This document shows, one piece after another, positions 41,990-53,529 of a stretch of DNA of 64,000 nt. Made by a program: the position numbers and the translations under genes. This DNA comes from Eledone cirrhosa (taxonomy: Eukaryota), in assembly GCA_964016885.1 (NCBI GenBank), contig OZ024741.1:205902001-205966000 (forward strand), given 5' to 3'. The stretch's first letter is position 1. Each line of letters begins with the position of its first letter. The notes beneath the pieces were generated by a model, which made no database searches, had not been told where the DNA came from, and saw only the letters and a program-made list of their open reading frames with translations.

Positions 41990-42212
41990 AAGGGCGATGG
42001 ATTAGCAGTAACGGTAGGGCACCAGAGACCATGCTTTGCCACACGAAGTTATGGCCCTTTACGTTCTGAGTTCAAATTCCTTCGAGGTTAGCTTTGCTTT
42101 CCATCCTTGTGGGGTCGATAAAATAAAGTACCAGTAATGCACTGGGTAGATTTAATCGACTTTCCTCTCCCCCCAAATTGCTGGCTTTGTGCCTATAGTA
42201 GAAATCATTATT
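41990..42212 (+). mobile_element. Full-length tRNA-derived SINE (long variant) with 15-bp TSD
   Basis: A-box-like TAGCAGTAACGG, B box GAGTTCAAATTCC, core, GTAGATTTAATCGAC segment and tail; ATTATTGGTGTCTAT duplicated at 41975-41989 and 42207-42221. Confidence 0.9.
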
Positions 42213-42398
42213 GGTGTCTATCTGAAACTATTAAGAACATACTTTCACGCGTATTCCAGATCAATAATATGCAATATTATATTGTTGTAAAAACTTGGTA
42301 AAAAGTATCCAATCCGTGGGACGAGTTGTGATGTACAATTAAATCAAATTACTTCAACAATTGCATAACACGAATACATGCATTTTGTTAGCGTATTA

Positions 42399-42717
42399 CA
42401 GTGGTCTCCAACCTTTCTTACACCACGGACCGACTTCATGCCAGACAATCTTTCCGGAGACCGGTAGTTGCATATATGTGTTATTTAAGTGCATTTAGAT
42501 AAAGAGAGCAATAATAAAAACAGCAATTTATTAAAGGGATGAAAAAGTGTATTGAGTATATGAATATTGAATATTTAAACATTTTTTTAAGAATTGAAGT
42601 CCAATATTCACTTTATCTATTATATAATTTTAAACAAGTTAATTATTTCTTTGCGGAGCGGTAGCAAATGATCTACGGACCGGAAACGGATCGCGGCCCG
42701 GTGGTTGAGGGCCTATG
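42399..42717. mobile_element. Non-autonomous hAT (Charlie/Buster-type) MITE
   Basis: Left end CAGTGGTCTCCAACC, degenerate right end GGTTGAGGGCCTATG; 8-bp TSD GCGTATTA (42391-42398) / GCGTATTT (42718-42725) with central TA, typical of Charlie-type hATs. Confidence 0.8.
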
Positions 42718-42862
42718 GCGTATTTGATAATACCAACTTTATAATTCGTCGTGTTGGCGTTATCTGATACTCTAATACACTAACGACACGTGCGTATTCG
42801 CGTTATGGAATCGTTGTAGTAATTTATTGTAATTTAATTTAATTTAATTATATATATATATA

Positions 42863-43048
42863 TTGGCAGTATCGGTAGAGAGTCGGACGTCATGCTTTGA
42901 CGCATAGAGTTACGGTCCTTGCCATTCTGAGTTCAAATCCCGCCGAGGTTAACCTTGCCTTTCATCCTTACGGGGTCGATAAAATAAAGTACCAGTAATG
43001 CACTGGTTATTTGGTGACCTTGTGCCAAAAAAAAAGTAGAAACAATTA
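42863..43048 (+). mobile_element. tRNA-derived SINE (short variant) flanked by AATT(AT)n
   Basis: A box TGGCAGTATCGG, B box GAGTTCAAATCCC, core and tail; AATTATATATATATAT on both sides. Confidence 0.88.
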
Positions 43049-43464
43049 TATATATATATTATATATATTTACTTTCTGAGTATATTTAAGTTTCAGTTGT
43101 ATTTATGTATGTACACATATATGTACATATGTATATATGTATATATATATGCAGACACAGACATAGACGCACACACATATATATGTGTGTGCTTCCATAG
43201 GCGATATGCCGGTTGAGCACTCTATGTACATACATACATATGTATGTATACACAACTAGTTAGGAAATTACAAGTACAATCCATTAATGGAACAGTAAAA
43301 ATATGTAAAACATTCCAAAAGGTTTGCATCGAATAATTGCATATACACATGTACAGATACTAAGCATATACACATGCACACATACAACTCAAAACATCCA
43401 CATCCACACATACAATAACATCCATATCTACACATGCATGCATGCAGACATACGTACATATCTA

Positions 43465-43640
43465 CCTAGTTGATGTTGTGTAAATTCCAATGAGAGAGTC
43501 TTGTGTCCATGTTAGAAACCGACTCTCTCTCTATTGGGAAAAAATTGTGAAATTATAAAACCAGAAGAACATACATACACACATACATATATCATACATA
43601 CATACATACATACACACATACATATATCATATCATACATT
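43465..43640 (+). mobile_element. Probable 3' end of a LINE/SINE with hairpin and (CATA)n tail
   Basis: Imperfect hairpin CCAATGAGAGAGTC...GACTCTCTCTCTATTGG followed by an A-rich segment and (CATA)n; family not assigned. Confidence 0.35.
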
Positions 43641-43875
43641 TGCACTCACTAACTCGAGATATTCACAAGTATACAACCATCAATCTAAGTAAGTATTCTA
43701 ATTTAAATGTATCATTGTAATTCTCTAGCAATTCAATTTCATGTAAAAACACTTACAGATATCTTTTCTTTCTCCAAGTAATGTCAATTTTCATTTGCTA
43801 AATTCTCCAAACTGTCTTTTCACTTGTTCTTATACATTATCGGTACATTTATTTTCTTTAAGCTTCGGTGATTAA

Positions 43876-43911
43876 ATATATATATATATGCAGACCCCCC
43901 CCCCACACACA

Positions 43912-43942
<31 letters not shown>

Positions 43943-43952
43943 GCAGACCCCC

Positions 43953-43998
<46 letters not shown>

Positions 43999-44067
43999 GA
44001 CCCCCCCACACATGTATATATATATATATATATATATATATGCAGACCCCACACCCACACACACATG

Positions 44068-44096
<29 letters not shown>
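43876..44096. repeat. Compound minisatellite (TA)n-TGCAGACCCCC(CA)n, four units; related unit at 44478-44552
   Basis: Visible repeated TATATGCAGACCCC...CACACAT(G/A)TATATA units of variable length. Confidence 0.85.
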
Positions 44097-44102
<6 letters not shown>

Positions 44103-44474
44103 GAGCAACTTAACAGACACGATTTTTAACTGTGGTAAGAAATGTTTTTCTTATATCAAAGTTTAATGGGCTTCCACTGATGATTTATAAGCGCCCACCT
44201 AAATATATTCTTACATGAATGTATATTAGGCTTCTACATAAACTGGAAATATTCTCCGAACTTGTAGAAAACTTATGAAACAATTGTTTGGAATGAGAGA
44301 TATATTTTAACTTTAATTATATCTCATAAAATAATACAACTGGCTTTTCCACATAATACATATTGTTAGCACCCCAAACACTTAAATTGGGTTTATATTA
44401 AAATATAACCTAATGTTTGTTGAGTGAGATGGTTACCAGTCAGAGATTAGCTTTAAACTATCTCTGTTATTGTA

Positions 44475-44518
<44 letters not shown>

Positions 44519-44613
44519 GACACCCTCCCACACACATGTATATATATATATACATACAGATCCCCCATATACAATATATTAATAAATGGAAACTATATTT
44601 ATAAAACCATAAT

Positions 44614-44678
44614 TATTTTATTATATATATTTCAAGGGCGACTAAGCCAATCTTGGTGCGCTTTCATCAGATAAAATA
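44614..44678 (-). ncRNA. Type I minimal hammerhead ribozyme motif, intact core
   Basis: Minus strand: TATTTTAT-CTGATGA-AAGCGC(...)GCCCTT-GAA-ATATATAT-A-ATAAAATA, giving an 8-bp stem I, CUGAUGA/GAAA core, imperfect stem II, palindromic stem III and an AUA cleavage triplet. Confidence 0.75.
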
Positions 44679-44789
44679 CAAAATTTGTTTTATAAATAGT
44701 GACATAACGATGGAAAACAACCTTCAGCGAATTTTCAACCGTAAAGGTTGTTTTCCATGGTTATGTCACTATTTATAAAACAAATTTTG

Positions 44790-44854
44790 TATTTTATTTG
44801 ATGAAAGTGCACCAAGATTGGCTTAGTCGCCCTTGAAATATATATAATAAAATA
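44790..44854 (+). ncRNA. Hammerhead motif copy with C3U core substitution
   Basis: TATTTTAT-TTGATGA-AAGTGC(...)GCCCTT-GAA-ATATATAT-A-ATAAAATA; mirror of the motif in the left arm. Confidence 0.65.
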
Positions 44855-44983
44855 ATTATGGTTTTATAAATATAGTTTCCATTCAGTTTAATATATTGAA
44901 TATTTACTCCAGTAAACTGTTGAGTGCTCTATATCAGTTATAAACTTTTAAGTTTGTTGGAATCCCAACAAATTAAATATAAC

Positions 44984-45131
<148 letters not shown>

Positions 45132-45264
45132 AGATTCAGGGCTCCGACAGCTGAGTTTCGACCGTTTCGACAGATAGAACCAAACTAAGCCATCAGTATC
45201 AAGTACCCTGGTGGGTTATGGTCCACCTGGTATCTTACCACACCCTCTCTGATATATATATGTG

Positions 45265-45580
45265 TATCTATCTATCTCTATCTAGGGCGGGTAAAATTCC
45301 CGAGATCCATGACGAGTTGTCTCCAGCGGTCTCTGTCCCTCATTATCGCTGCCATGTCCTGCATCTCCAACAGCCCAGTGTCTGTCCTTAGGGCATCAAC
45401 ATACGTTAACCTTGGTCTTCCTCTTCCAGTGTGTCCATGTAGGGGCTCCCACAGGAGCACTGAGTGCAAAGTCAACTCTGGATGTCGGTGAGCATGTCCA
45501 GCCAACCTCAGTCTCCTCTGTGTCACCCCTGAGCTGACTTTTGGGAGGCTCCCATACAGCTCTGAGTTTTTCATCCTCAT

Positions 45581-45584
<4 letters not shown>
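45265..45584 (-). mobile_element. 5'-truncated RTE-like LINE 3' end with short (TAGA)n tail
   Basis: ELYGSLPKVS..QRRLRLAGHAHRH..LLWEPLHGHTGRGRPRLTYVDALRTDTG..MRDRDRWRQLV is a typical RTE-group C-terminus; stop at 45278-45280 lies within TAGA repeats; 5' side abuts (CA)n. Confidence 0.8.

Positions 45585-45668
<84 letters not shown>
45585..45668. repeat. (CA)n microsatellite
   Basis: Visible run. Confidence 0.95.
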
Positions 45669-45672
<4 letters not shown>

Positions 45673-45859
45673 CTAACAATGTATCTACCTACCTCTCTAC
45701 ATAAATACATACATAAAACTCTAATTAATATAACAATATATATAGGTTTTCTGATATTTTTAATGTCTTCTTGCATTAAATTTCCATTTCATATATTTTA
45801 AATTGGTATTGTATATATTCGTGTTTTAACTGTTTTGGTTATTTATATATTACCAATGA

Positions 45860-46735
45860 TGTAATCTAAATTCCCATAGAATCTTCACACGATCATTTTC
45901 TATCACCTACTCTGGTTTATGCTCATACCGCTTCTTAGAGTGGGGTAAATTATTCAGTTTGTATAAATGCCAGTGGTTCACTTTCCTATGATATGCCTTC
46001 CATCCTTTATAATGAGCCTGGGCTAGGTGTCTACACTCGGATACGATGTGAACCATAGTTACCTCCCTCTTTCTTTCCACATATCCTATAGAGCAGGCTA
46101 GCTTCCTCCTCGTCAATATGATGTTTCATCCACTTCGTTCTAAGGGCTTTCTCAGGTACAGCGAGTAGTATTCTCTCTGTAGTTTTCATAAGGTCCTCTT
46201 TCTTTAACTAGTCCCATGTTTGCAGATCTTTGAATTCTGTTTTCTTCAAAAAGATACTATGAATGGCTTTTTCATTCAGGTTATTCCACCTCTTTGTTGT
46301 TACTTCTTTCTTGGACATCTTCTGGTCTGTTATCTCTTCTTTCAATACAGCCTTAAGCAATAGCTTAACTCTCAGACATATATTTTTGTATACAGCTCTT
46401 CTCGATCTGAACACAGTCCTCCAGTTGATAAGACCTCTTCCACCTCAGCTCTCCTTAAGAACAGTCTATCAACAACACCCTACTTATGTAACATACAGTA
46501 GGACGTCATTAATTTCCGTGTCATTCTATCTAGTTCCTTTTGCTCGTTTACCTTCCATTTAAGAATCCCGCATTGCACCTAATAATAGACACAGCTCAGG
46601 AATTTATTGTGCTATGGTATTCCTACTATTAAGCTGTGATTTTAGTATTTTTCTTACTCTCCTTAGCATTCAGATCTTATTTCCTTTATTTTATTGTCTT
46701 TGGTGTTATCTGCCTCCAAACACCCAAACATCATC
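45860..46735 (-). pseudogene. Degraded R4/Dong-like LINE fragment A (thumb to zinc-knuckle/REL region)
   Basis: Remnants RGLI, LLAVPEKALRTKWMK, HIVSECRHLAQAHYK, YEHKPE and ENDRVKILWEF; many stops and frameshifts. Confidence 0.7.
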
Positions 46736-46772
46736 ACCATCATCATCATCATCATCATCACGATAACACGAG

Positions 46773-48790
46773 CTATGTTTCTTCGTATTTGTAGCATATT
46801 CTGAATAGAAGGCCAGTCCCATCTTTCACTATTCTGTGTCTATAGGCCCGAGTATTTAGAGATTGGTCTTGTGCAGCAACTAACAGTCCTCCCGTCTCTA
46901 CTTTCAAACCAACACTTTTGAGACAGGATACTGAGCCATGCTGATTGATATCATTGTCAGAAAGACGTTCTGGGAATCTACCATTCATGGTTTAGTTCTT
47001 ATGTTTGGAGTTTCTTTGCTTTGATCTTCACAGTCATAGCTAGCTGTGCAACACTCTGTTGTTGATTTTCTATGGGTATGTCTTGTTCCATGTTCAGGTG
47101 TTGCCTAAATTTGCTCGCCTCTTTTGTTATTGAGTGTAGTTTTTTCATCTGTTCATATTTGAGTTCAGGCTTGAGAAGTTAATCTCAAATGTGGTGGAGG
47201 TAGCTATCCAATCTATTAGTTGCTGTGTTGTATGCAACCTCTGGTTGTAGGAGCTCTCTTCTATATTCTCTCCTTGAGATATACAGCAGCTTTAGGGTGG
47301 TGCATTTTTTCCGTTGCCAATAGTTTCCTTGTCTTAGTGTCCTACCTTTGTAGTTCTTGCAGGTTCCAGTTTATGATGTTAAAGCTGTGTGTTACAACTG
47401 GTACTGCTAGACTGTTAATGGCTTTGAACTTGTTGCAGGAGTTTAGCTCATTTTTTTTATTACCAGCCTCACCCTCCTTATATATTCCTTCATACTTGCA
47501 TGCTGGATTCCATCTCCTTCATTAACTCCAAGATATTTGTCCAGTCCAAATTCCATATGGATGTCATCACTGAATAGTTAATTTCACTGTGTGTAGTAAA
47601 ATTTCCAGCAGCCCATTATTGTTTCCAAATAGCCTGATATCATTTATATAAAGAAGGTGACCGTAGTATGTGTGTGTCTACTTTATATCCATAGCCTGTT
47701 CTCCACAGTAACTGACTTAGCGGAACAAGTGACATAGAGAAGAGCAAAGGGGACAATGAGTCGCCTTGGAATATTCCACGATTAAACTTGATCTGTCTAG
47801 ATTCCAGTGATCCGTTGTGGACCATCGTAGCTTTCCAGTCTGTCGTCATTGCCTTCATGAAATGAAAGTTGTTATCTCTGGTGCTATGTGATACATTTCT
47901 AGTGCCTTTATGACCCATGAATGAGGTACGCTGTCGAATGCCTTCTTGTAGTCTGTTCAGGCTATTGACAGGTTTTTCCTTTTCTGTTTGGAGTTTTCCG
48001 TTATGAGTTTATTAATCAGTAGCTGATCTTTGCACCCATAACTCTCGTTTAAAACGGTAATTGTAGACCTAGCTGGTAATCACTGATGTTGGAGGACATG
48101 TAATTGGTTTGTAGTTCTTTGGATTTTCTGTATATTTATTCTTTGGTAGAAGATATGTTACGCCAGTTGTTATCCAGTTTGGGACCTCTCTTGGGTTTGC
48201 TACAATCCTGGAGAATTCAGTAGCCAAGTATTCATGGAACACATCCAGATGTTTCAGCCAGAAATTTTGCAAGCCATCTCTGCCCATGATTTTCAGTTTC
48301 CAACATTGTTGACTGCTGTTTTCACTTCATGTGAAGTGATCTTATTGGATTTCTGGGTGGAAGCAGGGATTTCCAATTCTTCCAGTCATGGGGCATTGGA
48401 ATTGTGGTCCTTATCTTTCCCCAGATATTTGCCCAGAAGTATTCAACCTCATCAAGCTCAGGTGGTTGTCTTACTTCAATATTCTTCTCAGGTGGTTGTC
48501 TTACTTCAATATTCTTCTCAGGTGGTTGTCTTACTTCAATATTCTATGTAAAATCTTTTAGCATCTTCGGCAAAGATTTTGTTTTGTTTATAGAAGTTGC
48601 TCTTTTTTTTTTTTTTTTTTAACAACTTCTTAGTCCCTGCGCCTTAGCCTGTATCTTTTGCTTGATTAATGGAGCAATTTCTTTCTAATCTGTTTCCCGA
48701 TTGACCTTGTATTCCTTCCTCAGTCTAGAAAGTTTGTTGGAATTGATGTCAGTTCTATTTCAGATAAATTTCTATATTTGGACAATTTCT
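46773..48790 (-). pseudogene. Degraded R4/Dong-like LINE fragment B including the reverse transcriptase
   Basis: DGLQNFWLK, PKNYKPITC, DYKKAFDSVPH, RGIFQGDSLSPLLF, LLYIND (decayed YxDD), MHHPKA, ETGGLLVAAQDQSLNTRAY and RICYKYEET. Confidence 0.85.
48457..48545. repeat. 30-bp tandem triplication inside LINE fragment B
   Basis: CTCAGGTGGTTGTCTTACTTCAATATTCTT x3. Confidence 0.9.
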
Positions 48791-48903
48791 CTATTTCCTT
48801 GATAAATATGTTGTGGTCTCTGGGGGATAGATACATCAATTAGAAGACATTTTTATAGTCATTGACTATACTATCTGGTCGATCGGCTTTGATTTACATG
48901 TCC

Positions 48904-49114
48904 TAGCAGCATAGGTAGAGCATCGGATAACATTCTTTGCAGCACAGGGTTACGGCCCTTTACGTTCTGAGTTCAAATCCTGCCGAGCTTAGCTTTGCCT
49001 TTCATCCTTACGGGGTCAATATAATAAAGTACCAGTAGCGCACTGGGGTCGATTTAATCGAGTTTCCCTTATCGCCAAATCGCTGGCCTTGTGCTTATAG
49101 CAGAAATCATTATT
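48904..49114 (+). mobile_element. tRNA-derived SINE (long variant), first of a tandem pair
   Basis: Head, B box GAGTTCAAATCC, core, GTCGATTTAATCGAG, tail ending GAAATCATTATT. Confidence 0.88.
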
Positions 49115-49320
49115 CGGTGTGTTGGCAGTATCGGTAGAGTGTTGGACAATATACTTAGCGGCATAGAGTTACAGCCCTTTACGTTCTCAGTTCAAATCCC
49201 ACCGAGGTTAGCTTTGCTTTTCATCCTTACGGGGTCGATAAAATAAAGTACCGGTCATGCGCTGGGGTCGATTTAATCGACTTTTCTCTCCCCAAAATTG
49301 CTGGCCTTGTGCCTATATTA
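49115..49320 (+). mobile_element. tRNA-derived SINE (long variant), second of a tandem pair
   Basis: A box TGGCAGTATCGG, B-box-like CAGTTCAAATCCC, core, palindrome GTCGATTTAATCGAC and tail. Confidence 0.88.
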
Positions 49321-49326
49321 TCAGCA

Positions 49327-49327
49327 C

Positions 49328-49369
<42 letters not shown>

Positions 49370-50045
49370 ATTCTTCTTCTTCTTCTTCTTCTTCTTCTTC
49401 TTCTTCTTCTTCTTCTTCTTCTTCTTCTTCACTCACTATTTCTGGGAGGATCGTGGGTCAGAGTCCTCAAGCATGCATTCTAGCGGCTCCTGTCAGAAGC
49501 AACCGTCTCCAATTGATCCGATTGGATCCCCAAGATAATCCGAGTTCATGGATGTTATCCAAACAACTTGCTCGAACTCTACTCCACGGTCTCCTACCCA
49601 TTGGTTTTGCCTGTAAAATCTGTGACATTCTAATCACATGTTCGTAGTCTCGGAGCTACGACCTCTTAATTTCGAAAAGTAGCGAATCTACCTGGAGCAA
49701 CTCTCTGATCTCTGAGCTACGCACTCTATCGAGTAACGTTACTTCAAAGACTCTTCGGAGGAACCCCATTTCGGACGCTTGTATTTGATTGTATTCTTTA
49801 GGTCATTACTCAAGATTCACGGCCATATGTGAGGGTTGGAAACGACCCTGAGATACTTAAGCCTCTGCACTTGCTTATATGGAACTCCACTCACAAGTAG
49901 AGTGCGCTGCGCAGGCTTCCTCGAGAGTCCGTGTGTCTCAGTCTTTGCAGAACTGATTTTCATTCCTGTCGTGCCACACTCATTGTACATATGTCTGGAA
50001 TCCCCTGCCACTTTCACCTTATTTTGCGATTTGGATATTCCGTTG
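49327..50045 (-). mobile_element. Degraded RTE-clade LINE 3' part with (GAA)n(GAT)n tail
   Basis: Minus strand GMKISSAKTE, QVQRLKYL, IQASEMGFLRRVFEVTLLDRVRSSEIRELLQV and GRRPWSRVRA; plus-strand (CAT)n(TTC)n at 49327-49430. Confidence 0.8.
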
Positions 50046-50444
50046 TTCAAATAACTGAATGTTGATCGGTGAGACCGTCGGAGAATACATTACGTTAATG
50101 GCACACGTTTCTGTGATATGCACGACCACTTACAGTGTAATTCAATGAGTATGTAGTTTAGTTGATTGAGCAACTGAAATACATAATGTCGAAACCGACA
50201 GAGATTCAATTATTTTTTCCTTTATATCGAAATGATATAATGAAAGAATGATCACGTCTTGAACAATTATTTTGATGGTAAGTTTTATTGATCGGATTTG
50301 ACCTGTTACTAAACAACAATAGCTGGTATTTTATTTCTCCATCCTCAGAATAATAAAAGGCAGGATTAGAATTCAGAGGTAAAGAGAAGCAACCAATGCC
50401 ATTTTATCTTGCATTCAATTTTGCTATCTAGACACACTAACAGT

Positions 50445-50626
50445 TTCTACTCTACGTACAAAGCCAGCAGTTTTGAAGAAAAAGGAAGTAGATTATATCG
50501 CTACGGAAAGAAGTAAAACCAAAGTTGAGCTCAGCGAGATTTGAACTCAGAAGTATGAAAGTTGTTACTAAATACCCGAAAGCATTTTGTCCGACGCTCT
50601 ACTGATACTGCAAATCTACCGCCTTC
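50445..50626 (-). mobile_element. Diverged SINE with internal deletion (fainter fragments at about 50320-50410 and 50765-50855)
   Basis: Reverse complement AAGGCGGTAGATTTGCAGTATCAGTAGAGCGTCGGACAAAATGCTT...TTCTGAGTTCAAATCTCGCTGAG...CTGCTGGCTTTGTAC. Confidence 0.7.
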
Positions 50627-50881
50627 ATCTAGATATAGTATACGATTGTAGCTTTTGTATAGTTGCCCAAATAAAACGGATACGTTTGATAATGTAGTCC
50701 TGAGTTCACTGCTGATAAGAAAGATTAGCAGTAAACCAGTTTATCCTCTTGTTACCAGAGTGACTAACCGGTACTTATTTGAACAATCGCAAAATAAGAG
50801 GATGGCAATCTAACTTAACTCAGGCTAGATTTAAATTCAGAATGTAAAGTGTTGCAAGAAAACTGGCGTAAATCACTGAAT

Positions 50882-50885
<4 letters not shown>

Positions 50886-50934
<49 letters not shown>

Positions 50935-50935
50935 C

Positions 50936-50994
<59 letters not shown>

Positions 50995-51020
50995 GCACTC
51001 TCCCCTCTCTCTCACTCTCC
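50886..51020. repeat. (TC)n microsatellite
   Basis: Visible run. Confidence 0.95.
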
Positions 51021-51204
51021 ATATGTTTGAATAATAAACTCTGCAGAAAAAATATTAAAGAAGTAGCAACAACAATAACAATAATGTGCTCGCTGTTCCT
51101 GCAAGGAGATAGTCACGAAACCTCCGAGGAATTACATCTTATAAAAAGATATATCCCAAAATACTGGAATGGTGACGACTGAACTGACATTTGATCAGAA
51201 CTCC

Positions 51205-51510
51205 GCTCTACGAGGGAAGACGTTAATATGTTAGACTCAAGATTGTGAGGTTTGATTTCTAGATCGGGCGACGTGATGTGTCCTAGAGCAAGGCACTTCA
51301 TTTCACATGGCTCCAGCCCATATATCTGAAAAAACCCCCCAAAAAACGAAAAATAAAAAAAATATACTAACAAGAGATTCGGGTTAACCCTTTGACAGGC
51401 TGGCGTCTTGTCCAGCAATGAATGATATACTCACCATCGCTCAACACGAGGTAAACCTGTGATAAAGTCCGGTCCGATGAAACACCTAGGCTCGAAAAAG
51501 AATTAAAGTT
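51205..51510 (+). mobile_element. Second, old tRNA-derived SINE family with CORE-like segment
   Basis: Degenerate tRNA head (TTAGACTCAAGATTGTGAGGTTTGATTTCT), CORE-like GTGTCCTAGAGCAAGGCACTT, then GGGTTAACCCTTTGACAGGCTGGCGTCTTGTCCAG. Confidence 0.55.
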
Positions 51511-51934
51511 TAACTCTAGATAGGTGACGATGGTTTAACCGGTTCTAAATGTCTACACCAAAAATTAAAACAACACTAACCCCAAAGGGAGATGCTAAAT
51601 AAATTGAGCATAAGGTATTTGTTAAGAAATGTCTGATGTCACATTTACATTGACTTAACGGTAATTAGTTTGTTTCACTCACCTTTAATTGCGAATAATT
51701 ACATTGTTTTGTGCTTATTATGTCAGTCATTATTTCCATCTAAATTCACTGAGCAAGTCTCTTCATATCTTCAACCACACACGCACACACACACACATAT
51801 ATATATAATAAATACATGCACACACACACACGCACATACACATGTATATATATATATAAATATATATATATAGATAGATAGATACATATATATATATGCA
51901 TTTGTGTGTATGTTCAGGCATGTGTTAATGTGTG

Positions 51935-52141
51935 TGAGTGTGTGTGCGTGTATGTATGTGTGCACGTATGTGCATGCGTGTTTAAATACGTGTAAGTGTG
52001 TGTGCATATATGCATACAGAGACACTATAAACACGATACAAACGATACAATTATATGCTCTGTATGCATAATGCACACACACTTACACGTATTTAAACAC
52101 GCATGCACATACGTGCACACATACCTACACGCACACACTCA
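51935..52141. repeat. Inverted duplication (about 85-bp arms) in low-complexity DNA
   Basis: 51935-52021 is the near-perfect reverse complement of 52058-52141, including the non-microsatellite core GCATGCGTGTTTAAATACGTGTAAG; 36-nt spacer. Confidence 0.85.
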
Positions 52142-53529
52142 TATATATATATAAATATATATGTATAAATATGTATAAATATATATGTATAAATATATAT
52201 ATATAAATATATATGTATACATATATCTATATGTATATATATATATATATATATTTATTACTGTATATGTATGCACACATAGTGACAAAAAGCAAATTTT
52301 AAATAGAACATTTAAAGTAACCATTCTTTAATGATTTATAAAGGTTTTATTTCTTCCCGAGAAACAACAGAAGAACTGAGTGAAAAATAACAACATAACT
52401 TGTTTGCTAAGTAAAACCATACAATTGTTTTATGAGTATTTTTCGTAATTTCTGTTTGTGTTTATCATGGTTTTATGAATTGTAGTTGAATTGCGATGGA
52501 CTACCATTTTGTTTTCTTTCATTTGATTGTAATTTTAAGTGCGTTTGGAGTAGTTCCATCAATTTTCACATGATAGTCTCGAAAGGACAATGTTTTGAAG
52601 TGTCTCCCAAAAATGATATATTATTAAAAAAGTTATTACACATTTCATAGCAGAAAAACAACGGAGAAACTGGAGAAGAACTACGATGACTTGACAGCTG
52701 AATCTCTTGAAATACTCTTAGTGGTTGTTTTGCAAGCCTCGTTTCACTTGTGTAAATAGAATCACCATTTAACCACTTTACAAAATATATCTGGATGAAT
52801 GTTGTTACACGACAGCTTTAGAATGGCTGTAGAGATAGATATCTTTATTATAAAACTGCGGGAGGGGGAGGCGAATTAATGAAGGAGTCACTACTTTATC
52901 GATTAACATAAGGGCATATTCGTTGATGGGGCTCTGGGTACACTGTTTCTGATATATAAAGGGATGGTCACAACTAAAAAGCTTTGGGTCATATTTCTAT
53001 TTGATAAAGGATTATCTGAGGTTTAAGAGCAACAGTTGTCCTTATAACAGAGTAGAGTTGAAATCAATCGAAATCGAACCAAATTGAATAGAATTGATTT
53101 AATTATGTTTTCTGCATATTTGGTTTGGCTACTGTTTCTCAGCAACAAGCTAATTGAAATGAAATTGATTCGGCACATCATATTGTACCGTTACATTGGT
53201 TTATGTACAAGTTGGTTGTTGATATTGTTATTTAGCCCCATGTCAACTTTGATCCAATAAGTCTATGATCAAAGATGTTTCAGATATAACTATCCTGTCT
53301 ATATTTTTGTTTTCAAGAATAGTATAGCCTGTACTCCATTATCCAATGCATCATTATTTAGAACGTTTAGGCATACTTTAAATAACATTCGATGGCTATT
53401 TCTAGGAATCTGCGCAATCACATAGGTTGAGCCATGGTAAATCAACAACTTATTTGTGGTTCATGAATACTACACCTGTCATAGTTCTGTTGAATCAGAG
53501 CTAGTTCGGTACGGCATAATGCCATTCTA

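Larger units (their letters stand above)
44585..44883. repeat. Long inverted repeat, probable Penelope-like element inverted terminus
   Basis: Arms 44585-44724 and 44744-44883 (140 bp each, 3 mismatches by eye), 19-nt spacer; a short outer match CAATATATTAA/TTAATATATTG extends it to 44572-44898. Each arm carries a hammerhead motif. Confidence 0.85.

Noticed and set aside
42863-42945. tRNA genes at A-box/B-box motifs
   Set aside because: These are SINE heads: no complete cloverleaf, and each continues into the SINE core.
45140-45215. Minus-strand CTGATGG...GAAAC...GTC resembling a hammerhead
   Set aside because: Core deviates from CUGANGA and I could not form stem I.
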